DNA of 64,000 nucleotides from assembly GCA_966243015.1 (NCBI GenBank), contig CBIMES010000001.1:143995-207994 (forward strand). Reading direction: 5' to 3'. The position numbers and the translations under genes were made by a program. Each line of letters begins with the position of its first letter. The first letter of the stretch is position 1. The DNA is from an uncultured bacterium (GTDB lineage Bacteria; Patescibacteriota; Minisyncoccia; Phycocordibacterales; UBA6065). Below, one piece after another: positions 36,440 through 46,599 of this stretch. The notes under the pieces were generated by a model. It saw only the letters and a list, made by a program, of their open reading frames with translations, had not been told where the DNA came from and ran no database searches.

Positions 36440-37894
36440 ATGAGAATCGTCGAGACAGAAACGTTGATCATTGGGGCGGGTCCCGCCGGTCTTGCCTGTG
36501 CCATGGAGCTTTTCGACGCGGGCAGGGGGTTTGTCGTCGCCGAGCGCGACGACATACCTGGCGGTCTCTCAAAAACGTACTCGTTCGCCGAGGCTGACGG
36601 ATCGATGTTTTATACGGACAATGGGCCTCACAGGTTCTTCTCCAAGAACCCTCGTCTCTATGACTTCATCGGCGGCGTCCTGGGCGATGACTGGATTGAG
36701 GTGAGGCGGCAGACGCGGCAGTATATCGGGGGTAAGTACTACTCGTACCCCATAGACGCACTCCAGGCGCTTCGCAACGTCGGACCTTTCGAGGCGTCTC
36801 GCATGCTTGCGAGCTATGCGTGGGCGAAAGCGCGTTACGGTCTCTTTAGGAAGCGAGTCTCAAACTTTGAGCAGTATGTCGAGGCTCACTTCGGCAGACG
36901 CCTCGGTCGCTTCTGCATGATTAACTATACGGAGAAGATATGGGGCATTCCCGCTTCTACCATTCATACTGACTGGGCGTCTCAGCGCATTGCGGGGCTC
37001 AACGTGGCAAAGCTCGCGCTGTCCCTGCTTCGCAGGGTGTTCGGCCTCCGTTCGGGAAGGGGCGTCGCGTCCTTGGTCGACAGTTTCTATTATCCCCGCA
37101 ACGGATCGGGCCAGGTGTACGAGGTGATCGTCGACAGGCTTCGCGAGGGAGGAAAAGAGATCCTTCTGGGTTGGGAGGCCGTTCGCATCGGCAGGAGGGG
37201 GAAGGGGTTCGAGGTCTCGCTCGTCAGGGGCGGCGAGGAGATCGTCGTGAGGTGTTCGAACGTCGTTCAGTCCATGCCGGTGAGGCAGGCCCTCGCCGCC
37301 CTCGACCCGAAGCCCCCTCGCAGGGTTCTCGACGCGGTCTCGCGCCTCTCGTACCGAAGCCAGGTGTATCTTTTCATAACCATCAGCAAGCCAACGCTTA
37401 CCGCCGACCAGTGGATCTACTTCCCCGAAAAGGACGTTCCGTTCGGCCGCGTGAGCGAGATGAGGAACTTCAGTGCGACCATGTCCCCGGAAGGCAAAAC
37501 GTCCCTTTTCGTAGAGTTCTTCTGCACTGAGGGCGACAGGGTGTGGAATTCTTCCGTTCATGAGCTTATGGCTGTCTCGATGCCGCATTTTGAGGCGATG
37601 GGATTGTTCTCTGTCTCTGAGGTCATTTCCGCCAGAATCATGAGACAGGGGGATGTGTATCCTGTCTACGATCTCGACTATGAGTCGAGGGTCTCTGTGG
37701 TTAGGACCTATCTTGATTCGATGCGCGGCTTCTTCGCCGTCGGCAGGCCTGGCAGGTTTAGGTACAACAATCAGGACCACTCTCTCGAGATGGGCATGCT
37801 CGCCGCGCGCGGCATCATAGAGGGCACGAGGTACGATTTTGATTCCGTGGGCTCGGGGAAGGGGTATTATGAGAAAGGCTTCCATGGCCGATAG
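36440..37894 (+). CDS. FAD-dependent oxidoreductase (amine-oxidase / UDP-galactopyranose-mutase-like fold)
   Basis: N-terminal Rossmann dinucleotide motif LIIGAGPAGLACAMEL; 484 aa. Confidence 0.55.
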   Translation: MRIVETETLIIGAGPAGLACAMELFDAGRGFVVAERDDIPGGLSKTYSFAEADGSMFYTDNGPHRFFSKNPRLYDFIGGVLGDDWIEVRRQTRQYIGGKYYSYPIDALQALRNVGPFEASRMLASYAWAKARYGLFRKRVSNFEQYVEAHFGRRLGRFCMINYTEKIWGIPASTIHTDWASQRIAGLNVAKLALSLLRRVFGLRSGRGVASLVDSFYYPRNGSGQVYEVIVDRLREGGKEILLGWEAVRIGRRGKGFEVSLVRGGEEIVVRCSNVVQSMPVRQALAALDPKPPRRVLDAVSRLSYRSQVYLFITISKPTLTADQWIYFPEKDVPFGRVSEMRNFSATMSPEGKTSLFVEFFCTEGDRVWNSSVHELMAVSMPHFEAMGLFSVSEVISARIMRQGDVYPVYDLDYESRVSVVRTYLDSMRGFFAVGRPGRFRYNNQDHSLEMGMLAARGIIEGTRYDFDSVGSGKGYYEKGFHGR

Positions 37895-39545
37895 CGTCTC
37901 GCGTATGAGAAACAGAGTCACATCACTGCTTAAAAGGGCGTATGCCCACCTGAGGCGAGAAAAGTCGGCGTATCTCCTCATGCTCTTGGCGGTGGTTGTG
38001 TCGGTCTCCCTGAGGCTTCCGACCATCTGGTCAGAGAGTCCGAGAAACGCCAACTGGCTTCATGCCGTAATGATGAGGCACGCAGACATATTCAGAGAGG
38101 AGCCCACTTTTCGGAACCTCTTCGCGCCACCTCTCACGTACCCAGGGGACGCCAACGGGTTCATAGACAACAATTCAGCGAACGAGAGCGGGAGAACCGG
38201 CTTCATGTCCTCGGACGGCAGCTATTATTATCTGTCGTACCCTCCTTTTTCCTTTATGCTCGCGGAGGTGTTTTTCTTTTTCGTGCGTGTCGACCTGACA
38301 CTCCTCAACATGGGGCTGTTCGCCATGTCGGTGCAGGTGCTCACGGCCTTCGTTCTCTTTGCGTTCGCTCGTGACCTGACCAGGTCGTCTGCCTGGGGAG
38401 TTGTGGCCTTCGTTCTGTACATGTTCATCGGTCCTAGCGCCGTATGGCACATGTCCATGTATTTCTCGGATACGGTCATTCAGCCCCTTTTCGCTCTTGC
38501 CGGGTATCTTCTCTATAAGGCGCTCGGCGCACCATCTCGAAAGTTTACCTGGCTCTACGCGGCAGTCGTCTTCTTTGCCGCCTATACCGATTGGCTGGGA
38601 TACATCTGCGCCGCTTCTATAGGCCTCTACATCTTGTTTTCTGGCAGATACAGAATCCTTCGGGGAATGTTCTGGGCGAGCGTAATCGCCCCGACTGCTG
38701 CCCTTGTCGTCACGCTTGCCCAGTACGCCTCGGTGATCGGATTCTCGCGCTTCGTGTCCATATTCATCGACAAGTACGTGAACAGCTACGCCTACGGGGA
38801 CACGTCGCTTCTCAACGCGCATAAATTCTCGAACATACTCGACCACTATTCCATGGTCGCGCCCCTTCTCTGGATGCTTCTCGCGTGCGCCGTCACGATT
38901 GCACTCTCCTGGTTTCTCGCGCGGCGGAATCGGCAAGAGGTGTCTGGGGAGATTGGCTGGAGCAACGCCGCGACGGTGGCTCCCGTTTTCTTTGGTCTCG
39001 GACTGCCGTTCGTCGTTCACCACGTCGTGTTCTTCCATTGGACCTCACATGTTCCTCACGGGTTTTCCGTGCTCAAGAGCCTCCCGTTTATCATCCTGCT
39101 CTTCGTCCTTTTAGGCCGTATCCTGTGGGGGTGCTTCCTGGGGCGAAACTCCTGGGTGAGGCTCTCTTTCGCTCTTGGACTGTCGATGATTTTCCTCGTA
39201 TGGGGGAATTACATGCTGTTCGGCAACTGGTTCGCCCAGAGGGCGCCCGAGGGTTACGAGACGTCATTTTGCGATGTGGGGAGGGAGATGGGGGAGAGGG
39301 CCGGCAATGACGCCGTCATCTTTCTCATGGACGAGAGGGCTCCGGGCAAGAGACACTGGTTCCCGATAAACCCGATTCCTGTCTTCTGCTCTAAGAGGAA
39401 CATGGCTGTCTACGAAGGTAGGGAGAAGGCGCTTGAGCTTATGAAAAGGAACGGCTCCTCTGAGGGCGTGGTATTCAGTCTTGCGTATTTTGATCAGGAA
39501 GGCTTGTCGATCGTAAAAGAGACGAGGTTTTCCGTCCCGAAGTAG
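37884..39545 (+). CDS. GT-C fold membrane glycosyltransferase (PMT/ArnT-like)
   Basis: ~12 TM helices with a conserved acidic loop (FREEPTFRN...DNNSANESG) near the first periplasmic loop; start uncertain (MADSVS). Confidence 0.5.
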   Translation: MADSVSRMRNRVTSLLKRAYAHLRREKSAYLLMLLAVVVSVSLRLPTIWSESPRNANWLHAVMMRHADIFREEPTFRNLFAPPLTYPGDANGFIDNNSANESGRTGFMSSDGSYYYLSYPPFSFMLAEVFFFFVRVDLTLLNMGLFAMSVQVLTAFVLFAFARDLTRSSAWGVVAFVLYMFIGPSAVWHMSMYFSDTVIQPLFALAGYLLYKALGAPSRKFTWLYAAVVFFAAYTDWLGYICAASIGLYILFSGRYRILRGMFWASVIAPTAALVVTLAQYASVIGFSRFVSIFIDKYVNSYAYGDTSLLNAHKFSNILDHYSMVAPLLWMLLACAVTIALSWFLARRNRQEVSGEIGWSNAATVAPVFFGLGLPFVVHHVVFFHWTSHVPHGFSVLKSLPFIILLFVLLGRILWGCFLGRNSWVRLSFALGLSMIFLVWGNYMLFGNWFAQRAPEGYETSFCDVGREMGERAGNDAVIFLMDERAPGKRHWFPINPIPVFCSKRNMAVYEGREKALELMKRNGSSEGVVFSLAYFDQEGLSIVKETRFSVPK

Positions 39546-39563
39546 ATGACGGGCCTCAGGTAA

Positions 39564-40109
39564 TTAGTAACTTGACGATGATCCGGTTCCTCCGGCGTCT
39601 GCCTCGCAGAGTACTCCGTTGGTTCCCGTGTTCGTCAGCGTACTTCCTCCGGGGCAGCTGGTCGCGTTTGCTATGGTGAAATAGATGGTCGCGCGGGTGC
39701 ACCTTCCCGAGGATACCGTGTTGCAGAAATAAAGCGGTCCGGCGTACGACTGGCCCGAGATGGTTACGGTCGGGTTGGTCGACGCCCTGCGTACGTAAGT
39801 TGTCGTAAGCGAGGAGAGGTCGCCCGCGGTGCTTGGGGCAAGGGTTGTCCCCGCAAAGGAGCAGTTGTTGTTGCCGAGGCAGTGGTATGACTGGTTCCCT
39901 GGGTAAGGGAAGTTGCCCGAATCGGTGGTGAACATCTGCACCGCGGTCTGGAGGGACCTTTTCTCGGCGAGCACTTTCGCGTTTGCCGCCCTGGCGCGCG
40001 CCGTGTTCACGCTCGACAGTACTACGCTCGAGAGGAGGGAGATGATCGAGATGACGACGAGGAGCTCGATGAGGGTGAAGCCTCTGGCCCTGCTTCCGTG
40101 TGTGTTCAT
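39564..40109 (-). CDS. type IV pilin-like protein
   Basis: N-terminus [28 protein letters not shown]; two Cys pairs in the C-terminal domain. Confidence 0.7.
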   Translation of the reverse strand: MNTHGSRARGFTLIELLVVISIISLLSSVVLSSVNTARARAANAKVLAEKRSLQTAVQMFTTDSGNFPYPGNQSYHCLGNNNCSFAGTTLAPSTAGDLSSLTTTYVRRASTNPTVTISGQSYAGPLYFCNTVSSGRCTRATIYFTIANATSCPGGSTLTNTGTNGVLCEADAGGTGSSSSY

Positions 40110-40181
40110 GCGTAAATTGTAGATGAGAAGGGCGAGAAAGAAAAGGCCGCGAACCCGAAGGGTTCGCGGCCGAATGGCGCA

Positions 40182-40412
40182 TCAGCCTCTGCTTTCCCGA
40201 ACGCCCATGAGCCAGTTCGACGCGTGATACGTGACGACTGACAGGGCGATCCAGGCCAGCGCCCACATGACGTCGGGCGGATGCTGCGCCAGGGAGCCCG
40301 CCGCCTTGAGGAGGCAGACTCCCGACACGATGACCGAGGCGGCGGCATTGAAGAGCCGTGCCGCGCGCCTGGTCTGGAGAAACTTCGCGAGTGATTTCAT
40401 TGAGCGACTCAA
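40182..40412 (-). CDS. small hypothetical membrane protein
   Basis: ~72 aa with two hydrophobic helices. Confidence 0.3.
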   Translation of the reverse strand: MSRSMKSLAKFLQTRRAARLFNAAASVIVSGVCLLKAAGSLAQHPPDVMWALAWIALSVVTYHASNWLMGVRESRG

Positions 40413-40568
40413 TTAATATATTACCATATTTATCAATAAAAAGCAATAGGTTTCTTGACCCATCGGGGTCGATGATTCGCTGAGGAGAGCGACCTTTTAA
40501 AAGCCGAAAATATGGGCTATTATGGGGGCATTATCGACCGTAACGGCCCTGCGCCACACCGTAAACCC

Positions 40569-41849
40569 ATGCGATCCATGCGACAAAGCCATCTTTTCAC
40601 CAAGACCCGCAAGGAGGCGCCCAAGGACGAGGTCGCGAAGAACGCGCAGCTTCTCATCCGCGCGGGGTACGTCTACAAGAACATGGCGGGCGTCTACACG
40701 TTCCTGCCCCTCGGTCTTCGCACGCTCGAGAAGATTATCGGCATCGTCCGCGAGGAGATGAACGTCATCGGCGGACAGGAGCTCTCGATGACGGCGCTTC
40801 AGGACAAGAAGGTCTGGGAGAAGACCAATCGCTGGGACGACGCGGTCGTCGACAACTGGTTTAAGACCAGGCTCAAGAACGGTACCGAGGTCGGTCTCGG
40901 CTTCACGCACGAGGAGGCGCTCACGTCCCTCATGAAGGACTACATCCAGTCGTACCGAGACCTGCCCCGCTACGCCTACCAGTTCCAGACCAAGTTCCGA
41001 AACGAGGAGCGCGCGAAGTCCGGCATCATGCGCGGGCGCGAGTTCGTCATGAAGGACCTCTACTCATTCTCGAGGAGCAAGGAGCAGCACGAAGAATTCT
41101 ATGCCAAGGCAGCCAAGGCCTACGAGAACGTCTTCGCGCGTGCGGGCCTCGGCGACAGGACCTACATGACCTTTGCCTCGGGCGGAAGCTTCTCGAAATA
41201 CTCGCACGAGTTCCAGACCGTGACCGATGCGGGCGAGGATCTGATCTACGTGCACGAGGGCAAGAAGATTGCCGTGAACAAGGAGGTTTTGAACGACGAG
41301 GTGCTCGCCGACCTTGGCGTGAGGCGCGAGGACCTTGTCGAGAAAAAGGCGGCGGAAGTGGGGAACATCTTCTCGCTTGGCACCCGATTCTCTGACGCCT
41401 TTGAGCTTACCTTCGTCGACGAGGACGGCAAGCCGAAGCCCGTCATCATGGGATCGTACGGCATTGGCCCGGCCCGTGTCATGGGAACCGTCGTCGATAC
41501 CCTCTCTGACGACAAGGGTATCGTCTGGCCCGAGTCAGTCGCGCCCTTCAAGGCTCACCTCATCGTCGTCGACGGTAAGGGCGGCAAGGATGACCCCTCG
41601 AACGCGGCGAGAAAGGAAACTGATCGCCTCTACGACGCTCTCACGAAGGCCGGTGTCGAGACCCTCTACGACGACCGCGAGGCCCGACCGGGCGAGAAAT
41701 TCGCCGACGCCGACCTCATGGGCATGCCGTGGCGCATCGTCGTGTCTGAAAAGACTCTGGCCGCCGGAACGTATGAACTTAAGAATCGCCGAACCGGCGA
41801 GACCTCGATGGTGACGGAGCAGGAGCTTCTCTCGAAGCTCGGAGCCTAG
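40569..41849 (+). CDS. proS: prolyl-tRNA synthetase (short form lacking an insertion/editing domain)
   Basis: Class II motifs; HLFTKTRKEAPKDEVAKNAQLLIRAGYV N-terminus; motif 2/3 regions (FRNEERAKSGIMRGREFVMKD, GSYGIGPARVMG); C-terminal anticodon-binding domain. Confidence 0.85.
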   Translation: MRSMRQSHLFTKTRKEAPKDEVAKNAQLLIRAGYVYKNMAGVYTFLPLGLRTLEKIIGIVREEMNVIGGQELSMTALQDKKVWEKTNRWDDAVVDNWFKTRLKNGTEVGLGFTHEEALTSLMKDYIQSYRDLPRYAYQFQTKFRNEERAKSGIMRGREFVMKDLYSFSRSKEQHEEFYAKAAKAYENVFARAGLGDRTYMTFASGGSFSKYSHEFQTVTDAGEDLIYVHEGKKIAVNKEVLNDEVLADLGVRREDLVEKKAAEVGNIFSLGTRFSDAFELTFVDEDGKPKPVIMGSYGIGPARVMGTVVDTLSDDKGIVWPESVAPFKAHLIVVDGKGGKDDPSNAARKETDRLYDALTKAGVETLYDDREARPGEKFADADLMGMPWRIVVSEKTLAAGTYELKNRRTGETSMVTEQELLSKLGA

Positions 41850-41877
41850 ACTGGCAAACCCATAGCAGAACCATTCA

Positions 41878-42942
41878 ATGATCAAGAAACTCACAGACCG
41901 CCTCTACAACGCCTTCTCCCACGACATCGGCATCGACCTCGGTACCGCCAACACGCTTGTCTACGTGAAGGGGCAGGGCATCGTCATCAACGAGCCGTCG
42001 GTCGTCGCCGTGAACCAGAAGACGGGTCGCGTGGTTGCCGTCGGCTCTCAGGCAAAGGACATGCTCGGCAGGACACCCGCCCACATCGCCGCCGTACGAC
42101 CGCTCGTCGAGGGCGTGATCTCGGATTTCGAGATCGCCGAGGAGATGCTCGTGTACCTCCTCAACAAGTCGCAGAAGGAGACCAAGAAGTTCTTCGGGCC
42201 GCGCGTCATCGTCGGCATTCCCTCGGGCGTGACGAACGTCGAGGCGCGCGCCGTCCGTGACGCGACCAAGAACGCCGGCGCGCGCGAGGTTCACGTCGTC
42301 GAGCAGCCGATGGCCGCTGCAATCGGCATCAAGCTCCCTATCCATGACCCGGCGGGAAACATGGTCATCGACATCGGCGGAGGCACCACCGACATCGCCG
42401 TCATCTCGCTCGGCGGCGTGGTGCGCTCGAAGTCGCTCAAGATCGCCGGTGACCGCCTCAACAACGACATCATTTCGTACATCAGGAACGAGTTCAAGAT
42501 CCTCATCGGCGAGAAGACCGCCGAGGAGATCAAAATCGCCATCGGCGTGGTCGTGCCCGGCCAGGTTCCTCACGAGGCGCCGATCAGGGGCCGTGACCTT
42601 GTCACGGGCCTTCCGCGCGAGGTGGTCCTCACTGACTCTGACATCCGCGAGGCTGTCAGCCAGTCGATCGAGAACCTCGTCGAATCCGTCAGGGAGGTGC
42701 TCGAGACCATGCCTCCCGAGATTCTCGCCGACGTCATGCATCGCGGCATCTGGCTCGTGGGCGGAGGCGCCCTGATCCGCGGCCTCGACCACCTCATCGA
42801 GGAGAGCGTGAAGATTCCCGTTCACATCGCCGATGATCCTCTCACCGCCGTCGCGCGAGGCGCGGGCATCATTCTCGAGGATGTGGAGAGGTTCGCCGAT
42901 GTTCTTATACAAAACGAAGATGACCTACCTAAGGCGCAGTAA
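41878..42942 (+). CDS. mreB: rod shape-determining protein MreB (paralogue 2, in the mreBCD-pbp2 operon)
   Basis: IGIDLGTANTLVYV and VIDIGGGTTDIAVIS motifs. Confidence 0.9.
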   Translation: MIKKLTDRLYNAFSHDIGIDLGTANTLVYVKGQGIVINEPSVVAVNQKTGRVVAVGSQAKDMLGRTPAHIAAVRPLVEGVISDFEIAEEMLVYLLNKSQKETKKFFGPRVIVGIPSGVTNVEARAVRDATKNAGAREVHVVEQPMAAAIGIKLPIHDPAGNMVIDIGGGTTDIAVISLGGVVRSKSLKIAGDRLNNDIISYIRNEFKILIGEKTAEEIKIAIGVVVPGQVPHEAPIRGRDLVTGLPREVVLTDSDIREAVSQSIENLVESVREVLETMPPEILADVMHRGIWLVGGGALIRGLDHLIEESVKIPVHIADDPLTAVARGAGIILEDVERFADVLIQNEDDLPKAQ

Positions 42943-43726
42943 CGTACAGATCAAGAGGAACCGCAGGCTTACCATGCTCGCGGGTGGCGCCGTCGCGCTC
43001 GTCTTTGCCGTGCACGTTGCCTTCCCGAACCTTTACGCGGGACTTCTCTCGCCGGTGACCTCGACCATATGGAAATCGGAGTCGACGACTCTCAAGGGCG
43101 TGAGCCGCCTCGCGTCCCTCGTGCGCTCCAAATACTCTCTCGTCGTCGAGAACGAGGGTCTTCGCCGTGAGATAGCCTCGCGCGACGCGAGCGCGCTTCT
43201 GCTCGACACGGTTAAGAAGGAGAACGGGGAGCTCAAGACGCTCCTGGGCCGCGAGCACGCGGGTCGGGACGTGCTCGGCCTCGTGCTCTCTCGTCCGCCG
43301 CTCACGTTCTACGACACGCTCATCGTTGACGTCGGCACGTCCGACGGCATTGCCATCGGCGACAAGGTATACGCCCAGGGCGAGGTGCTCATCGGCGACG
43401 TGTCCGAGGTCTTCGCCAAAACCGCCCGCGTCAGTCTCTTCTCGACCCCAGGCAGGGCGTTGCAGGTGGTCATGGGATCGTCCACGGTCCAGGCCCAGGC
43501 GACGGGCAGGGGAGGCGGCAATTTCGAGGCCCGCCTCCCGGTCGACGTGAAGGTCGCCGAGGGCGACGTCATCACCTTCCCGCACATTCGCTCGCACGTC
43601 TTCGGCGTCGTCGAGAAGATTATCGTCGACTCGACCGACTCACTTCAGACCATCCTCTTCAAGGCACCCGTCAACATGCACGAGCTGCGCTTCGTCGAGG
43701 TGGAGACGGACTCGAGCGTCCGATAG
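42899..43726 (+). CDS. mreC: rod shape-determining protein MreC
   Basis: N-terminal TM, coiled coil (LVVENEGLRREIAS) and C-terminal beta domain (GDKVYAQGEVLIGDV); GGAGAGG lies 8 nt upstream of ATG 42899; alternative start at 42920. Confidence 0.7.
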   Translation: MFLYKTKMTYLRRSNVQIKRNRRLTMLAGGAVALVFAVHVAFPNLYAGLLSPVTSTIWKSESTTLKGVSRLASLVRSKYSLVVENEGLRREIASRDASALLLDTVKKENGELKTLLGREHAGRDVLGLVLSRPPLTFYDTLIVDVGTSDGIAIGDKVYAQGEVLIGDVSEVFAKTARVSLFSTPGRALQVVMGSSTVQAQATGRGGGNFEARLPVDVKVAEGDVITFPHIRSHVFGVVEKIIVDSTDSLQTILFKAPVNMHELRFVEVETDSSVR

Positions 43727-43750
43727 GTCGCCCCCCCCAATTTCAATATC

Positions 43751-43999
43751 ATGAGACTACTTTTCAACATCATCCTCGTCGTCTCGATCCTCTTTATGCC
43801 GTGGTGGGTGACTGCCGCTGTTATTCTCGCGTCCTGCGCCCTCGTGCCGCGCTTCTATGAGGCCATGGTGTACGGTATTGTCATTGATGCTCTGTACGCG
43901 ACGCCTGCCGGCTTTCACGGCTTTGCGTACGTTTGGACCGCCTTTTCCGTCGCCGTCTTCCTCGTGGCGGGCTTCCTCAGGAGCAGGCTCTCTTGGTAA
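43751..43999 (+). CDS. mreD: putative MreD-like small membrane protein
   Basis: 82 aa with three hydrophobic helices, positioned between mreC and pbp2. Confidence 0.45.
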   Translation: MRLLFNIILVVSILFMPWWVTAAVILASCALVPRFYEAMVYGIVIDALYATPAGFHGFAYVWTAFSVAVFLVAGFLRSRLSW

Positions 44000-44008
44000 G
44001 ATACCCGC

Positions 44009-45709
44009 ATGAACATGAAGAAGAGGACGACCATTGACCCAGACGAGATCTTCCTCGACTCAGAGAACCTGCCTGATTTTGACGTGCATCAGTTCGAGGG
44101 TCGCATCGAGAAACCCATATCCCTCTTCTCGATTATCATCCTCTCGTCCTTCTTCGTCGTGCTCCTGCTTGTGCTCGTCGGCAAGGCCTGGGCCCTGCAG
44201 GTGAGGGAGGGCGACACTTACGCCCAGATGAGCGAAAGCAACATGATGCGCCAGACCCTTATCTTCTCGGAGCGCGGGGCGATCACCGACCGCAACGGCG
44301 TGAAGCTCGCCTGGAACGCGATCAATCCAGACAACTCGGACTTCTCGCTCAGGGCGTACACGGCGGACAAAGGGTTCTCGCACCTGCTGGGGTATCTCCG
44401 CTATCCGGCCAAGGACAAGCAGGGCTTTTACTACCGCAACCATTTCGAGGGGGTGTCCGGTATCGAGAAGGAGTACAACGACGAGCTTCAGGGCGAGCAC
44501 GGTCTGAAAATCGTGGAGGTAGACGCTCTCGGCAAGACTGACGCGGAGTCGACCATCAGGCCGGCCCGCGACGGCCAGAACATCACGCTGTCGATTGACG
44601 CTCCGCTCCAGGGGAAGCTGTACGAGGCCATCAGCGGCCTCGCGCAGCGCGTCGGCTTCACCGGGGGCGCGGGCGCTATCATGGACGTGCACACGGGTGA
44701 GGTCATCGCCCTCACGAGCTATCCCGAGTACTCGAGCCAGGTAATGACGGACGGAAAGAATCAGGATCTCATCGCGGACTATCTCACCGACAGCGTGAAC
44801 AAGCCGTTTCTCAACCGTATCGTCTCGGGCCTCTATACCCCCGGATCGATCGTGAAGCCATACGTAGCCATCGCCGCCCTCGAGGAGGACGTCATCAGTC
44901 CGAACAAGACCATTCTCAGCACCGGTTCGATCAGCGTGCCGAATCCCTACGACCCAACGAGGAAGACGGTATTCATGGACTGGAAGGCCCACGGACAGGT
45001 GGACATGCGCAAGGCGATTGCGGTCTCGTCGAACGTCTACTTCTACGAGGTGGGAGGAGGCTTTGAGGATCAGCCTGGCCTCGGCATCTCGCGTCTCAAC
45101 AAGTACTTCAGCATGTTTGGCCTCGGCAAGCCGACCACGGGAGGTATCTTCGAGGGTCCCGCCGGCACGATTCCGTCGCCCGAGTGGAAAGAGAGAGTTT
45201 TCCCGGGAGACCCGTGGCGCATCGGAGACACGTACTTTACGTCGATCGGACAGTATGGCTTCCAGGTCACGCCGCTACAGATGCTGCGCGCCGTCTCGGC
45301 GATCGCCAACGGTGGCACCCTGCTGCAGCCGACTGTCCTCAAGCAGACGGGCCTCACTATCGCGGGAGGCGAGAAGCTGCCACTCGACCCAGCGAACATC
45401 AAGGTGGCTCGGGAGGGAATGAGGCAGGGAGCTCTCATTGGAAGCGCGAGCGGACTAAACGTGCCGTACGTCCAAATCGCCGCAAAGACAGGTACCGCCG
45501 AGCTCGGAGTCTCCAAGGCCTTCGTGAACTCGTGGGTCGAGGGATTCTTCCCGTACGAGAATCCGCGGTACGCCTTCGTCATCATGATGGAACGGGGTCC
45601 GAGGGCAAATCTCTACGGAGCGACTGCCGCCATGCGCGAGGTCGTTGACTGGATGCATCTCAATGGCTCGCCGTACCTTTCCAGTACGTCAACTTCCGTG
45701 TCGCAGTAG
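44009..45709 (+). CDS. mrdA: penicillin-binding protein 2 (elongasome transpeptidase)
   Basis: SxxK (GSIVKP), SxN (SSNVYF) and KTG (KTGTAE) motifs; TM anchor; operon context. Confidence 0.85.
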   Translation: MNMKKRTTIDPDEIFLDSENLPDFDVHQFEGRIEKPISLFSIIILSSFFVVLLLVLVGKAWALQVREGDTYAQMSESNMMRQTLIFSERGAITDRNGVKLAWNAINPDNSDFSLRAYTADKGFSHLLGYLRYPAKDKQGFYYRNHFEGVSGIEKEYNDELQGEHGLKIVEVDALGKTDAESTIRPARDGQNITLSIDAPLQGKLYEAISGLAQRVGFTGGAGAIMDVHTGEVIALTSYPEYSSQVMTDGKNQDLIADYLTDSVNKPFLNRIVSGLYTPGSIVKPYVAIAALEEDVISPNKTILSTGSISVPNPYDPTRKTVFMDWKAHGQVDMRKAIAVSSNVYFYEVGGGFEDQPGLGISRLNKYFSMFGLGKPTTGGIFEGPAGTIPSPEWKERVFPGDPWRIGDTYFTSIGQYGFQVTPLQMLRAVSAIANGGTLLQPTVLKQTGLTIAGGEKLPLDPANIKVAREGMRQGALIGSASGLNVPYVQIAAKTGTAELGVSKAFVNSWVEGFFPYENPRYAFVIMMERGPRANLYGATAAMREVVDWMHLNGSPYLSSTSTSVSQ

Positions 45710-45732
45710 GTTTCTTTAGGTATCGTTTATGG

Positions 45733-45756
45733 GCCCGCGTCCTCGCGGGCTTTATG
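45733..45756 (+). terminator. Rho-independent terminator after pbp2
   Basis: GCCCGCG-tcct-CGCGGGC followed by TTTATGATG. Confidence 0.65.
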
Positions 45757-45764
45757 ATGTGAGC

Positions 45765-46055
45765 ATGAGTCATCACGATACCCATGTAACGCAGGCCCAA
45801 CTAGAGAAGACGCTTGAAAAGGCATTTGATGCGTTTTTCATGCGCATGGATGCAAGAATAGACGCGAAACTTGATGTTTTTGCTGTTCGTATGGAGGACA
45901 TGATGGATCGAAAGATAGAGGCCTTGGCAATCATGACGCAGAGGGGATTCGTGGAGATGCGGGAATATGTTGACGCCCGGTTCGACGCTCTCGAGGTGAG
46001 AGTTGGTAATCTCGAATCGCAGATGGCCATGTTCGGTCTTTCCTCCGGCCGGTGA
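45765..46055 (+). CDS. hypothetical coiled-coil protein
   Basis: 96 aa; start placed after the terminator hairpin (MSHHDTH). Confidence 0.4.
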   Translation: MSHHDTHVTQAQLEKTLEKAFDAFFMRMDARIDAKLDVFAVRMEDMMDRKIEALAIMTQRGFVEMREYVDARFDALEVRVGNLESQMAMFGLSSGR

Positions 46056-46123
46056 GGGGCAAAATCCTTCCAAAATCGCTAAAACTGTGCTATTATGTGG
46101 CAACTACACATAATTTAAGCCTT

Positions 46124-46588
46124 ATGGACACCACGAAATACCTCACCCAGCAGAAATTCAAGGAGCTTGAGCAGGAGCTTCTCGAACTCAAAACGGTGAA
46201 GCGCAAGGAGGTCGCGCAGGATCTCGAGTACGCCCGATCTCTCGGTGACCTTTCCGAGAACGCAGAGTATCAGGAGGCCCGCGAGCTTCAGGCAAAGATT
46301 GAGGATCGCATCGCCGTCATCGAGAACACCCTCAAGACCGCCGAGATCGTCCACGAGGCTCACGGAGACCATGTCTCCATGGGATCGTTCGTCACCGTCG
46401 AGAAGGCGGGCGGCAAGGGTTCCCAGAAGTTCAAGATCGTCGGCTCTGACGAGGTGAACACCTCTGAGGGCATGATCTCGAACCTCTCTCCGCTCGGCTC
46501 TTCGCTCATTGGCAAGAAGCGAGGCGACAGCGTCACCATCCAGACCCCTAAGGGCAGCATCGCGTACAAGATCGTCGCGGTTGCTTAA
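46124..46588 (+). CDS. greA: transcription elongation factor GreA
   Basis: LSENAEYQEARELQAKIEDRIAVIE... and the C-terminal FKBP-like domain; extended -10 TGcTATTAT upstream. Confidence 0.9.
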   Translation: MDTTKYLTQQKFKELEQELLELKTVKRKEVAQDLEYARSLGDLSENAEYQEARELQAKIEDRIAVIENTLKTAEIVHEAHGDHVSMGSFVTVEKAGGKGSQKFKIVGSDEVNTSEGMISNLSPLGSSLIGKKRGDSVTIQTPKGSIAYKIVAVA

Positions 46589-46599
46589 TCGCGCGATAC

